Assembly: GCA_905178155.1 (NCBI GenBank)
Contig: CAJINV010000006.1
Span: 4,223,760-4,287,759 of the forward strand
Source: Amoebophrya sp. A120
Taxonomy: Eukaryota; Protista; Dinoflagellata
Length of the DNA stretch: 64,000 bases
Reading direction: 5' to 3'
Every line of letters starts with the position of its first letter. Position 1 is the first letter of the stretch. A program made the translations under genes and the position numbers. The notes below the pieces were generated by a model, which made no database searches, was not told the origin of the DNA, and saw only the letters and a list, made by a program, of their open reading frames with translations. This document shows, in pieces, positions 1-13,357 of this stretch.

Positions 1-1225
1 TTCATTTCTGGCCATTTCCCGGACCTTCACGCCTCCCGGCGGTTGCCCTATATGGTAACGGCAACTGCCTTCGCGCTGCGTTTGCTAAAGCAATATCGCA
101 AGCGCGCAGAGCGCGCGCGCCGGCTTCGTGGGCCGGCGCGCGCTCTGCGCGCGCGCGCGCACGCATTTGGTTACCAGATCACGCACCGGAGACGGCGCCT
201 CGACTTGCCTGAGCCTTTGGGTCGCCACATTTCCGCTCCGCTTCCGCTGTGCAGGTGTCAGAAGGCCTGTTGGCTTCTTACTTCAGAGCCGGCAGGCAGC
301 TGCTCTGTCTGTACCCGAGGCGCCTTTCTGCTTTCTGTCTACAGCTGCTGCCCCTACAACTTTATATAGCGCGCTCACTGATCTCCTGTCGCGCTACTCT
401 TCCTGAGCGCTACCCCTGCCCCGCCCTTCCTCCTTCCCAGGAAGCCCAGCCCAACAATCCTAATGATCATGCTTATGCAAAAAAATCAAGTTCAAGAAAG
501 GGTCGCCCTTCGGGCGACCCGTTTTCTTGTAACAATATAGAAGTCGAGGCTCGTATGTGGTTCTGCAGCTCCTATTGCTACCTTGGACCAGATCGCCCCG
601 CCAGGGTGCTTTGCACTGGCACGATACTATTACTAGTATGACCGAAGGTGTCTACGAACGACGCTTTTCCTTCTACGATGTTTTTATCTTATTAGAGTGG
701 CGCTGCAATTAGTCAATGTATTCTGTTCAGCGGTGTCGCCTTAGAATGTCCTTCGGAGAGTAGCGCTGCAATCATTTGCTTCACTTTGAAAATTCACGTT
801 TGCAGAACGAACAGCCAGCGCAACAATCATGACAGCGCCTGTGGTCTAACAGTGGCGCGTCTTTGGATTGACAACCAGCCGGCTGTACAACTTTCGTCTT
901 TTTGTAGAAGTCAAGAAGTACGCACTCTCTCTACCCTCGTGCTTATTGCATAATACGACACGAGCGAGAAGAAACGCACAATTGAACACACCGTTGCGAA
1001 AAGAAAACAAATCCGCAGCAGGGTACTTACATACTCGGCTGCAGCTGTGCTAAGATCTTCTGCGGCTCAATCGTGCCGACACCGACAGAAGTTCTCCTTA
1101 CAACGAACTGATACAGACCCCAGAAGTTGTCCTATTAGCATTGTAATCAACAGTGGCATGACCTGTTCAAAACTAGATTTCAAAGCCGCACCAGCACGAA
1201 ACTGTTTTTAGTTCTTCAAGCAGCC

Positions 1226-4200
1226 TCATCTGATCGCGAGATCATTACAAAAATCTCGATAGCCCACCACCGCTTCCTCCACATTCACCAGATGCCGCAA
1301 CGTCGGTCGCCCGTGCGGGCAGTTCCAGGGCTGCTCCAAAATCGCGAGATTTCCCACAATCTGCTCCATCTCCCGGTTACTCAATTTTTTCCCGATCATG
1401 ATCGCCGAGCGGCAGGCCTTGCTCGCCATAATCGTCCACACCTTCTTGGGCCGCGGCACCTCGGCTGTGGTGCCCTGGAAGGAAATGGTTGCGATGTTTT
1501 TGGCCTTGTTTTCCGGCCCGTTCTCTACTTCCTGGTCCTCGTCGTCCATAATCTTATCAAATGCAAACATGTCTGGGTCTGGAAACTTGTAAAAATGCTG
1601 AGTTGTGAATAGTGAATTCTCTGTGATGCACAGCCAAGCATGAGAAATGTTTGCGCGGCGTAATAGTGTTGCGCTTCCCGCATGGCAAGCTGCGTTCTGC
1701 ATGACAAGAAACGCGGTCTCTTCTTGGACACGCATCACAAACTCTTCAGTCATGCGAGACAGGTATGACACACCTTGTATCTTTCCAGACATCCAGGGAT
1801 ATTTGCAATACATAAATCTCCTCACACAGCAAGTCCTTGTCCGGATCGTCGTTGTCCAGATCGAAAGTCTATCAAATGCAAATTTCGATCTGGGTCTGGA
1901 AAGTTGTAATGTTGTAAAATGTGCATGATGAAGATGTAGTTGAAGAAACTTATTTCTTATGCAGGATGAAAGCATGACAAGATGACAGAACGCTTTCTCA
2001 TACGCACTCCGCAAGAGATGAAACTGCGTTTTTGTACAAAACAAGAGAGAGTACGACTTTTGATGTCTCGGTCATGCAATACAGATTTCACTTAGATTTG
2101 TAAGATTAAGTGTAAAATGTAAGGCCAGCATTACAAGTTCCAGCTTTCCAGACTCATATCGATATTTGCAATGCATAAAGTCCCGCCACTTTCTTCCAAA
2201 ATCGCCAACAGGTCCTCCACGTCCGCCACGTTGAACACAAACCCCTTGCTATCCTGAGTAAAAACGTTCTCACCCCAGAGCCAAGATTGGAAATCTGCTA
2301 CACAAATCAACAAGCTACTTTGGCTGGTGCGCATAACAAGTCCTTTCTTGGCATCACAGTGTAATCCTGTCTAGCTAGTGCTGCCGCATCACAGATCTAC
2401 TAGCATCTCATGCTGATATGAGCATCACATCAAATTTGCAAACACAGCTAGAAACTGCTTCTCATCAGGCTCCGCATGAAAAACATTCGAAAAGCATGCA
2501 GATAATTCGACACATGACAACCCTGAGCGGTGGGGACAACTCTGTAGTTTTTGCAAATGATACTTGCAGCTGGGTACCGCGTGGAGTAGGTATCAAATGT
2601 AAAAATGTCTGGGTCTGGAAGATTGGAAGACTTGTCATGCATATTTTGCATGACCTATGACACCTGTGATGCATGTCTTACCATCACAGATTTTTAGAAC
2701 CCTTCCTGATGCCTATTTCGCATGAGAAATGCCCTCTCCGCGTAGCACAAACTGGGCTCCTCTTGCTGGTCATGCAATGCAAATTTTTTTAGAATCCAAA
2801 AATAGCATTACAAGTTGCATCCTTCCAGACCCAGACATATTTGCAACGCATAGTAGGCACCTTTTCCCAATTTCGTTTTCCTCCTCAAACCTCAAATCGA
2901 ACCCGTTTTTCGCAAACACGGTTTTCGCAAACTCGTTCGCGATCACCTCCTGCGCCTATGGGTGTGTCAGAATCGAAATTGACAAAATCGAAAAACTTGT
3001 GATGCACAAAATCGATATCAGTTGGAGCCTCAGTTTCCAAGTGGCGCATGGCAAATTTCGGGAGCACCCAAATCCAGTCTGTCATGCTGTTTGGGCAAAA
3101 AAGTCTGCTCCTGTCATGCTACTCTGGCAGCGCATTGTATACCCCTAAACAGGCTTGCAATCGGTCTCATTTGCCTGCTCCCCAATACAGGCCATCAGTG
3201 CCCTACATTTTATGCATCACAAATCATTTCGATTATGTCGATTTCGATCCTGACACATCCATAGCGCCGGCGGCAGGGATAACTGGATCGGGTTTAACAA
3301 CTGCTGCGAGTCGATTTTGTTTACGCGGTTCAGGTATCCTCTGCAAAAGTATCGTACTCGTATAATAAATGCAAGTCTTGCATTACAAATCTTGTTTCCA
3401 AGGCAAATCTGCATTACAAGTCTTATTTCTCACGCTGAGGAAATTTGTCATGCATTTATACGAGTGCGATACTTTTGCAGTTCATATCAAGTACTCAAAA
3501 CGCTTTTTCTCATCGCAGGCATGCTGGTCGAAGATGAACAGTTCTTGTTTGTATGATCCCAGGATGAACCCCAGGTTGAACTGCCCATGCACCCGGACGT
3601 GCTGAAAACAAGACTATTGTGAGGAAAAATCCCCCCTCCCCATATCGAAAGGCACCCTTTTGAAAATTTGCGATGCTGATTTGTGGCCACAGATCAGGTC
3701 TGTCTTGCAGGAGAGCAACGCCAGAGCTTCCGCCGCTTGACGCAGGCGATTTGCAATGCTTTTGCGCCAACAGGGCAGACGTCTGCCATGCGGAGCGCCC
3801 ACTTCTAGCCTGCCCCTTCCAGGCTTTAGATCTCCCTGCAGTCCTCTACTGCAAGACAGAGCTGATTTGTGTAGACAAATCCCGCAACACAGATTGCCAC
3901 TTTGACATGGGAAGGGGGAATTTTTCCTGTTCATAAAGATTTGTCGAAGTTCTGGAGTCTGTGCGGGTTGTTTTCCTCGGCAGAGAGGATTTCGAGCTCG
4001 CTGCGTATCCCGTGTGAAAACGTCCCCACAACAGAGTCATCAAGATGGGAATACTGCAAGACAAATCCTGGACTTTTGGGGCTACCGCATGACAAATTTG
4101 TCTGCGCACTGTATCTATTCGGGCCTAGCTAGTCTCGTCGACGCGGCATCACAAATCCATTCTGTCGTGCTGATTCGCGAATTACAGATTTTATTTTCCA

Positions 4201-7200
4201 ATCACCACTAGAAAACGCCTCTCAACATGGAGAGCCGCATGAGAAACATCCTCAGCATGCAGATTTGCATGACAATCTTGACGGGGTGGAAACGTTTTTC
4301 CAAAGGATACCGGGCACGACCGCGTTGTCTTGCCCCGCGAAAAGCACGTCGCTGTCCAATTGCGTCACGGACCCTCCTGCTTATCAACAGGAAAAATCCC
4401 CCCTCCCCATACTGAAAAGGTATATTTTTGGAATTTGTGATGCTGATTTGTGTTCACAAATCGCGTCTGTCTTGCAAGAAGACAACTCCACAGACAACCG
4501 CCGCGTTGGACAGGCGGTTTGTCATGCTGTTCGGCCTACAGCGCGGATGTCATTCATGCTAAGTGCCCAGGCCAAAACCCCTCTACTCACACTTAGTATG
4601 GGCCTGCAGTGCTCTCCAGCAAGACAGCTCGGATTTGTGTACACAAATCTAGCATCAGAAATTTCATTTTGATATGGGGAGGGGGGATTTTTCCTTTCGA
4701 TACTGCTCCCGCGCCGTTCATGTCGTTGTCAGTGCTGTTGTAGTTGTTCCCGGGGGCCCAGGAGGAGACTTGGGTCAAAGCTCCGCACTGGTCCGAATCA
4801 AAACTTTGCTGGGACGAGTCGTGGTTTGATATTATTGCCAGCGAATTTGTAGCCAGGCTCGAGGACGTCGCGGAGGAACCAAACACCGGGAGTGCCAGCA
4901 GCCCTTGTTTGAACTTTTCGAGCTCTTGTTGTTCAGAGCAGCCAAGAACGCCAGCGTCTTCAGAAGTAGGTGACAGGAGTTTATCACTCTGGTCCCCTAG
5001 TACAACTCCTTCCATGAAATGCTGGGGCGACGGCCGCGCTCCCTCAGGTCCGTTTATTTCGCCTGGGACAAGAAGATGATCCTCTGCGAGTACTTCTACA
5101 CAGCAACTCGGCCTTTCCAATTCCGCCCCCTCGGCTTGCATGATCTCGGCGAAGAGCTTTTCCAAATCTGCAAAATCAACCTCCGCTGCGACGCAAGATT
5201 CATCCACCGTAGTAGAGAGCGCACGGGCGGTGGTCGACGAGGACAATGAAGGCTGTACCACTCCTACTATCGCAAGAAAAAAGTGTTTCACCGTAACGTA
5301 CTCCATCACAGGTTTGTTGTACATGACAGAGAAAATTTGCCATGCAAGGTTCCTACGGGAAAAGACAGCTAAAAACTCACTGCCTTGCATGTGTAGCAAG
5401 ACAAACCCTCGTCCTCGGATGCATTTTCTGCATTGCAAGTTTACAGTGAAACAGTTTTTCCCTGCGATACCTACTGCTCCTGCTGACCCAGTTCTTGCAC
5501 CAGCAACAGCTCCTGCCCGTACAGGTGGCGGCACGAGAGATGAGAACATCATAGCGCCAAATTTATCAAACGGCTCGACGTTCTTTGCACCCGCGTTTTT
5601 CGCGCCACTTTCAACATCTTCACCTTCCGGAGCTGTAGGAGCGTTCTTGCGAGGATGAATCATAGCTCCGACGTTGTCCCCGTCAGCAGAGCTTTTTCTC
5701 CTCTTCACCCCACTGTCCACCCGCACAGGGTATTCTGGGTAAAAATGTCCCCACGCGCATAATCAAGTTGGTAATTATCTGCAACACCAGTCTGCAAGGT
5801 GTTGGGAGCTTCTGCATGACAAGTTTGTTCCATCTGTAGAAGTGTAGTGGTGTTTATTCGCGAGGATAGAAGCCGCATCACAAAGACGCAAGCTGATGAT
5901 CTTGGTGCTAACAGCATTTTACAAATCCCAGAACACGACTCCAAATTCCTCTCAAGCAGATGCGCATTACTGATGTAAAGTAAAAGTTCCTGTCGTTGCA
6001 AAGCTGCATGACACCTGGGGGGTCGACGTGGGGACGTTCTTCCTCACGATACGGGAGTCAAATTTCTCAAGGGAGTCGCCACACGGAAATTTGCATTGAG
6101 GTCGCTGCTTGAGCTTGAGGAGCTCGAGTTCAGCATGGAAATCACGTCGGTGAGCAGCACGCCACTTATGGGATTCCCAAACGTTACATTCTCAACTGTT
6201 ACATCATTTGTCATGCAAAATGAGCGTCAACATTCACATAGTCAAGCTACTTCGCATGACAAATTTTAGAAAGGCTAAAAAGCGCCTAAATCTGTGCGGT
6301 ATTTGTCATGCTACAGGTGCAACACGGGCGCAACCTCCCCTCTTTGACTTTTGCCATTCTTGCATTACAAATTCATGTAACAGTTGAGAATGTAACAGTT
6401 GAGAACCCCATACCACTAGCGTGGAGGTTCGGATCCTTCTTTTTCTTTTTCTGCAGCAACTTCTTGTTCCCCTGAATATCACAACTCGTGGCCCCAGAAG
6501 GTGCGCCTCGATTTTTCTCTTTCTTCACCTTCTTCGACTTTCCTTCGCGGCGGCCCTCGTTTTTCTTCTTTTTACCACTCTTCGCAGTTTTATAAAGGTC
6601 CTCCCCTTTATTTTTCATTTTCATCTTCTTTTTCACGACCAATTTTTGTGGCCGGATGATCTTCTTCGGGCGGGAGGGCTGTGGCTGAGCTGGCTGATTA
6701 TCTAGCGCAGCGCCTTGTTTGTCATGATCGAAAACATCGCTTTTGCCTTCTCCCAACAGCTTCTTGTCGTTCTCTTCGAACTGGTCTAGATCTAGATCGA
6801 GTTCTTCGTCCTCCTTGGCAGCAGATTTGTTACCTGACGCTCCGCGTTGTTCTACTACTCCTCGCAGTTTTTCATCATGATCTGCCTTGTCTTGTTCGTC
6901 GTCTTCTAGAAGCTCCAGAAGATCTTCTTCATCTTCACTCTCCTCTTCCTCGTCACAACTGCTGCCATCACTGCTACTACTGCTACTGCCGTCCGAGCAG
7001 TCATCGCTTTCTGGACTGTCTTTGTCAACTTCCGCGTCAAGAAGTACAACTTTTCCGTCTACTCCTGATGTTCCTTCGCTAAGACCCGCGCCGGGTCCAG
7101 CTGTGTAGTCGACCGGGTGGTCTGGTGCTTTTTCTTGCAATAAATCCTCTTTTGCAGGAGCACCAGGACCACCACCTGAAGAGGTGGAACAAAAACCGCT

Positions 7201-10200
7201 AGAAGTAGTACCAGCAGCAACGACCCCAGCTGCACTGTGCGCCCTCAAAATCGCAGTCAGGTCCGTTAGCTGCACTGCGGCGGGGGTTTTTGCTTTTTGC
7301 TCTTGGTGCTCTTGTTCTACTTTTCGGTCATCATCTTCGTCGTCCATGTCGATTTCTACGATCGTGTCCTGGTAGCTGCTCTTGTTGTAATTCCCCCCCA
7401 GCCCCTCAGAAGTTATTAAGTCAATGGTCTCCTGCACGCCGGGATTTCTGCTACGATTCGGCACGGTGTTGAAGCTTTCTAAAATTTCTTCAGGTTCTTC
7501 TTTCACGATTACACTCGGAGCGCGGTCGTCGCTGCTCACGCTTTGCGCATCGTAGTCGTCGCGGAGAGGATGACTGCCTTGCTGATTTACATGTTCCACG
7601 TTTCCAGCAGTTGAAGCTTTTGCAACAAGGGTAGTGCTACTGACTGCTGCCGACTCCGTCTTCCCCAGGCTGCTGCTGCTGCCTAAGCCTAACAAACTAC
7701 TCAGGTCGGTCAGCTTCACACTGCTGGAAGCGGCAGCGCCCGGGCGTACGGAATTTGCTGCAGAGGTAGAAGTTGGAGCGACAGGATCTTCATCTTGCTT
7801 CGGCTTCGCGGTACTAGAGGAAGATGCACCATTAGCCGCTGCGTGATCTCTTAAATCCGCGTCCACCTCGACGACCTCTTCTTCCTTCGTGCAAACCTTC
7901 GCGAAAGCCTCCAGCACCTCCTCCGGCTCCTCCTTCATAATCACGCTTTCCTCATCGTCGCTGAGGTCATCATTGTCGCCGCCCCGAAGCAGCACAGCTG
8001 ACGCTTCTTCTGCAAGAACAACCTTTCGCTTCTTCAGCGCTGGCGACTGCTCCTCGTGTGGTCTTCGTGGGTCTTCAATCTCTTCTTCGTCCATCACGAC
8101 CTGCGGTCGTTGTTGGTCCATTTTCTCCGCGGGGACTTCTTCTTGTTCTACGTCCACACTAAAATAACCGGGCTCCTTGTTCCCCTCCTCCTTCACCGCA
8201 CTACGCGGGTCGAAGCAGTCCAAGCGCCCTTTATGGGAGGTCAGGGCCGTGCTGGACAAGAACATCACCTCCGCCTTATTCTCGTGCTTGTTCTGCACGC
8301 CGGGGGGCTCTGCGGAAACGGAGTTATTTTATCCTGAGTAAAAACGTCCCCACCCCAGAGTCAAGATGCGAAAGCCGCTACACAAATCCCTAAGCTTTGG
8401 CTGTCGCGCATGACAAATTTGGGCTCGCAGTGTAGCCGTGTTTAGCTAGTGCAGCAGCATCACAGATCCAGTTTGTCATTCTGATTCGAGCATGACAAAT
8501 CTCAAGTCACCACTAGAAAACGCCTCTCATGGGTCTCCGCATGAGAAACATTTTAAGCATACAGATTTGCATTAAAACTCTGGGGTGGGGACGTTTTTAC
8601 AGAGGATATATTTGACGTTTTGTTCATCTCCGGGTTTGGGGAGGACACCGATACCAACGCTGCTGGTGCTTCTGCTTGCTCCTCTGCTTGTACTGCGAGG
8701 ACCTCCGCAAGATTCAACATCTGCGGCGCGTGGATAATTTTTCCGTCTGCCAGAACTATCCGGAGTAAAAACGTCGCCACCCTACAGTCAAGATGGGGAA
8801 TCTGCTGAACAATTCAGCCAGCTTTGGCTGAATTGTTCAAATTTCAAAACACCACTAGAAAAATTCTTTCCATGGGTCTCCGCCGCATGAGCAATATTTT
8901 AAGGATGCAGCAGATTTGCATGACAAGTCTGGGGTGGGGACGTTTTTACATGGGATAAGAACTGGCACTGCTTCATCTTCTTGTACTATCTTCTCGGGAA
9001 GTAGATCCGCGTCGTTTCTTTCCTTTTTCTCGTTGTCGACCTCAAGAACAGCGTCCATAAGCGGCTCCGCAGCAGGTGGACGAGCCACACGACCCTGGCC
9101 ATCATCTACTTCATCACTCGACGCAGCGAAATTCATCAGCGGGAGCACCGCGTTCTTGTAGTTTTGCCGGTTGTTTAGAGTTCCGCCAAAAGGATAAGCA
9201 CACCACGATCCGGCCGTCGGTTTTTTCCCCACGACGTCTGACCCCGGGACGTGCAGCTTCATCCAATTCACCACTTCCCGGCAGATCAGCGCTTCGTGCT
9301 TTAGGTAAATCGTCTTCTTGTCCGGCGTATCCAGTGCAAATGTGTCTGGGCCTGGAAGAACGCAAGTCTGTCATGCTTATCTCACATGACTCTTGAATCT
9401 GTAATGCGTGAGCAGCAGGAAAAAAGCCTCTAGCCTGAAAATGCAGGCTGTCATGCGGAAAGCGAAACATAAAAGAGCCCCGAAACTTGTCATGCGTGGC
9501 TGCGTGTCCGTGTCGCAAGTTCTTTCAAGACCCGGTCAGATTCCAATACGTACGGCGTGATGTTCACGTCCACATCATGGTTTGCGCACTCCAAATTCAG
9601 AATCGCGACGGGAAAGACCTGGCCCGACGCGTACTTCTTGAATTCTTCGTTTACGGTTTTCAGTATTTTCTTCGTATGACAGTGCACAACTACCCCCCTC
9701 TATTTTTGCATGAACAGCAATACAAACGCCAGCGACTCTGGAGCTTGTGCATTACAAATTTATGTAAACTTACTGTACGTACTTTGTGGGCAGCTTTCGA
9801 AATTTGTCATGCACAATTAGTGACACACGGAAGCAATTGGAGTTGAGATTTTGCATGAGAAATGAGAACGAGGGGGACTTCTTGTTGTGCACTGTCATAC
9901 TTCGGAAAGGGGTCGCACAATCGGTAGTTGACGAAGAAAATCTGCCAATTTTTTGACTTCTTCCCACCGTTCGACTGGGAAACAAGCCCGGTGATGCGGA
10001 AGTTGTTGTTGTTGGACGGGCTAAAAACTGTGGCTTGCTGTTCGTGTACGAGTGGTGGTGGTAAAAGCGCACCACCAGCAGCCGTCCCGGCTAGAACTAG
10101 TTCCTGCTCGGTAGTTTCATGTTGAACTACTTGAGCGGGGGGCAACATCATAGTAGAGTTCACCAGGCCTCCGCCCCCTGCTGGACCACCACCAGCACCT

Positions 10201-13200
10201 CCACTTCCGACGTTCAAGTCCACTTCGACCGTATTCTGCATATGGAAGTGTCAGGATCGAAATCGACAAAATTGAAATGATTTGTCATGCATAAAATGCA
10301 GCCCATAAAGTGCCTGTCTTGCAGAGTAAGGAAGTGAGGCAGATTGCAAGCCTGTTGAGGGGTAGAAACTGAGCTGCTAAAGTAGCATACCAAAAGGCGT
10401 CTTCCATAGTACCCAAACAGCATGACAAACTGGGTCTCGGCTCTACCGAAATTTGTCATGCGCCACGTGGAAACTGGGTTACAACTGGCCTCCATTTTAT
10501 GCATTACAAATCTTTCGATTTTGTCGATTTCGATTCTGACACTCTGATACTGCAAGTGCTCCCCATACACGGCCATGCAGGCCTGTTTAAAACTTCTCGC
10601 ACATTATGGAAATGCCAGGATCTTCGAAATAGAGAAAAGTGGAAATGATTTGCCAACATGCATAAAATGGATACTAGCTGGAACGACCCAGTTGTTCCTC
10701 CGAAAAAAAGTGATACGCATGACAAAACTTTGCAAAACCGAAATCCGACTGGTCATGCTGCTTTGGGAAAAAACACTGCTTCTGTCATGCTACTGGAACA
10801 GCAGTTCCATCCCAGTAGACCCCAAACAGGCTTACTTACCATCGGCCCGAAGAATTTTTCCCTGCGGTACAATACAGGCGCTTGTTCGCGTCTTGCATTT
10901 CTTGCAGATGACAAATCATTTGAACTTTGTCCATTTCGATCCTGAGCCCTCCATACACAACCGCTCGTCCGCAGCATCTCTTTCGTTTCGAACTTCTTCG
11001 TCTTCGCGTTAAATTTTTTGTTGTGGATCACAAACTTGGTTAGGTAGTTACACGCTGCAAATTTCTGCAGCAGCTGCATCGTTTCCTGCAACTGCTGCTT
11101 CACGTTTCGCACGAATTCCTGGCGGCGGACCGGGGTAATAGAAAAGAGGTTCGTGATCTCGATTTTCGTGCCGTGCGACGTTTGCAACACCTGTTCCTGC
11201 TTCACCAGATTCCCCTGGCGATCGTATGTGGCTTGCAGGGCGAACTTGTTGGTGGAATTCGTGCCTGCACTGTTGAGGTTCCTTTCCGCTGTGAACAAGG
11301 CGAGGGCAGAAGTTGCACTACTGCCCCCAACAACGTCGGACTCCAGCTTCGTATTCGCCTTTTTACCTGCGTTTATCATCCCGCGCGGCGCCGCGGGGGC
11401 AGGTTCTAATATTTTCCGCCCTAGAACAAGATGTCCAGAGTTGGAAGTCGCCCCGTCATTTTCATTTCTTTCCGACAGCGAGACCAAAGCGCCCGAAAAA
11501 TCCCCACGCGCACTTTCACCCCCCGCGGTAGTACTTCTTTCCACTATCGGTACCAAACTGGTTTCGTTGCTCATAGGTAAAAAACAGTCCGCAAACTTGG
11601 TCGTGACCACGAATTTTTCCGATAACGCGCAGCAAGCCGCTAGTGCTTCCCCGCGGAACCCAAACGTTTGACAGGGGGTGGGGGATGAAGTGGAGAAAGG
11701 AGGATCTGCAAGAGGAACTTCTGATGTGTCTGTCATTGTACAACTGATTGATGATGTGGTCGTGGTCGTGGTCCCTGCAGGTAGTTTATTTCCACCGACT
11801 TGATGTGAAGTCGAAGATGTCCCGTACAGTTCCTCCACATTCCGCAGTTTGGAGGTGCAGTGCCGCAGACACACGTTTGGCAGATCAGCTTATCCTGAGT
11901 AAAAACGTCCCCACCCCAGAGTTGTCATGCAGATTTGCAAAGACAGTAAAACTTGTAACGCGCATCCCCATGAGAGCCATCCCCAATCGTGTTTTGGAAT
12001 TTGTGATGCTGCAAATAGGATGAGGAGATGGCTTTGTGATGCGGCTGTCCTTGCGAAACTGCACTACAACACAGAGGGGAACTTGTCACGCATGACTCCC
12101 AAAACTTCCGGGTTTGTGTTGCATTTTTCCCATCTTGACTCTGGGGTGGGGATATTTTTCCTCACAATACAGCTTCGCAAATCCCGATCCCGTCATCGAC
12201 GATCACGAGGCCGTATCAAATGCTAGTATGTCTGGGTCTGGGTTTCTGATGCAGGACCTCAAGGACAACAAGATCTGTAATGCAAGAACACCATCGGCCA
12301 GAATTTTTGTTGTGTTGGATGGCAGTTTGTAATGCTAAACACGAATGAACCCGCAATAAGCCGAGGATAACTTGTCATGCTGTTATGCCGTAAAAGAAAC
12401 CAGTCTGCAATGCAAGTATCAGCAACACAAGTTTCCGGACCCAGACGTATTTGCAATGCATAACCCGTCCACTCCCGACTCGAGAAACGTGATTTCGATT
12501 TTCCGGGCCCGCGCGTCGAGGGAATTCTCTACGAGTTCTTTCACGCAGGTGTCGAGACTGATGATCACCTGGTTCGTGCAGATCGTGTGGATGGTATCCT
12601 GGTTCAACTTCTGGATCCGGCTAGCTGTCTTGATCGGAACTATGGCGGTTGAGATTGGAACATGGGGTGCTGGTGCGGGTTTTCTGCCTAGTACAACCGG
12701 AGGCTTGGTTGCCGGTGGTGGTGCGGCGCTTTTCATCGTCGTTATTTCCTGATGTGGCTTTACTGCCTGGAATGTTGACGAAGAAGAAGATGCTGCCCCC
12801 TTCGGTCCTGGTCCCGCTGTAGCGGCCTTTGTTGATATAATTTCGCCGCCCTGCAGTTTCTCTTCCACCTTGCCCGCGTGGTCCTGCAGTTTTTTCTCAC
12901 CAACCCTCGGCGCGGGCTTGGATTTGGAAGCCGAAGTAGTTGCGGCTTTGATCGTGCTCTCACCCTGCGACATCTGCGGTTTCTTCGAACTTGCACCTGC
13001 AGTTGCCGACGTCTTCGCCTGCTTAGGATTCTTGTTTTCAATATTTTTACCCGTCTGCTTATTGTTTATTCCACTGGCATTCTGCTTGTTTTCCTGCTTG
13101 TTCGCGCCTGTTGTCGTACCCTTTTTCGTTTTCCCGGCTGGAAGGTCATTACCATCCTGCTCCCCCGCGGCCGGACTCGATTTTACTTTCGGTGCTGCTT

Positions 13201-13357
13201 TGACGTCCTTCTGCCTCTTCATCGGTGCCGCGACGGCCTTGCTCGCCGTCTTCAAAACCGATTTTGTGCTGCCGGCTACTGGTCCACTAGTGGCTGATGC
13301 CTTGGAAGCCGCAGCAGCCTTGGACTTCATCTTCGCCGCGGCCGATTTCGGCGGCAT
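1226..13357 (-). CDS. PMS2: MutL-family DNA mismatch repair endonuclease PMS2/PMS1-like; 21 exons, about 2198 aa after removing 20 introners
   Basis: N-terminal GHKL motifs: ICTNQVIISLDTCVKELVENSLDA, DDGIGI, RHCTSKL, TFGFRGEAL, GTKIEITNLF..TPVRR and DVNITPDK. C-terminal motifs: LFIFDQHACDEKKRFE, ACRSAIMIG and WNCPHGRPT. Introners at 1555-1814, 1870-2177, 2250-2562, 2591-2852, 2957-3263, 3335-3486, 3615-3935, 4006-4309, 4382-4702, 5268-5469, 5731-6051, 6167-6412, 8330-8608, 8757-8957, 9328-9552, 9675-9899, 10241-10549, 10605-10955, 11891-12169 and 12214-12462. Removing each plus 5 bp leaves 6597 nt, a multiple of 3. Confidence 0.92.
1555..1814. mobile_element. Introner, family A (TIR TATCAAATGCAAA..GTCTGGGTCTGGAA), the most abundant family
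   Basis: TAT...ATA ends, inverted termini, 5-bp direct repeat AATCT (1550-1554 and 1815-1819). Excision joins ...LCEEI|MDDE... in frame. Confidence 0.9.
2250..2562. mobile_element. Introner, family B (TIR TATCCTGAGTAAAAACGTCCCCACCCC)
   Basis: Direct repeat CTTGC on both sides. Related copies at 4006, 5731, 8330, 8757, 11891, 15657, 35391 and 39076. Confidence 0.88.
2957..3263. mobile_element. Introner, family E (TIR TATGG..GTGTCAGAATCGAAATTGACAAAATCGAAA)
   Basis: Direct repeat GCGCC. Related copies at 10241, 10605 and 30915. Confidence 0.88.
3335..3486. mobile_element. Introner, family D (short, about 150 bp; TIR TGCAAAAGTATCG.ACT.GTA)
   Basis: Direct repeat TCAGG/TCAAG. Related copies at 21604, 21937, 30691, 33817, 40183, 42120 and 54473. 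Confidence 0.88.
4382..4702. mobile_element. Introner, family C (TIR GGAAAAATCCCCCCTCCCCATA)
   Basis: Direct repeat CTGCT. Related copies at 3615, 20305, 27259, 39764, 58929 and 63221. Confidence 0.88.
5268..5469. mobile_element. Introner, family F (TIR GCAAGAAAAAA(C/G)TGT..GT(A/T)AC)
   Basis: Direct repeat CCTAC. Related copies at 19061, 21282, 28620, 60143 and 63945. The 207-nt excision is 3n and stop-free, so the ORF track reads through it. Confidence 0.85.
6167..6412. mobile_element. Introner, family G (TIR with GTTACA(A/T)TCTCAA repeats)
   Basis: Direct repeat CCACT. Related copies at 39398-39653 and 60434-60685. Confidence 0.85.
9675..9899. mobile_element. Introner, family H (TIR TATGA.AGTGCACAAC)
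   Basis: Direct repeat CTTCG. A related copy at 47384-54153 hosts the copia element. Confidence 0.85.

Noticed and set aside
494-528. Bacterial rho-independent terminator
   Set aside because: Eukaryotic context with no upstream bacterial-type gene.
1555-12462. Excess of PMS2 introners with a particular length modulo 3
   Set aside because: The sample of 20 non-independent family members is too small to support a claim.
1226-13357. PMS2 (and phnW, AIP1) as MITE-disrupted pseudogenes
   Set aside because: Frames are restored exactly at the junctions checked and catalytic motifs are intact, so splicing is the simpler explanation.
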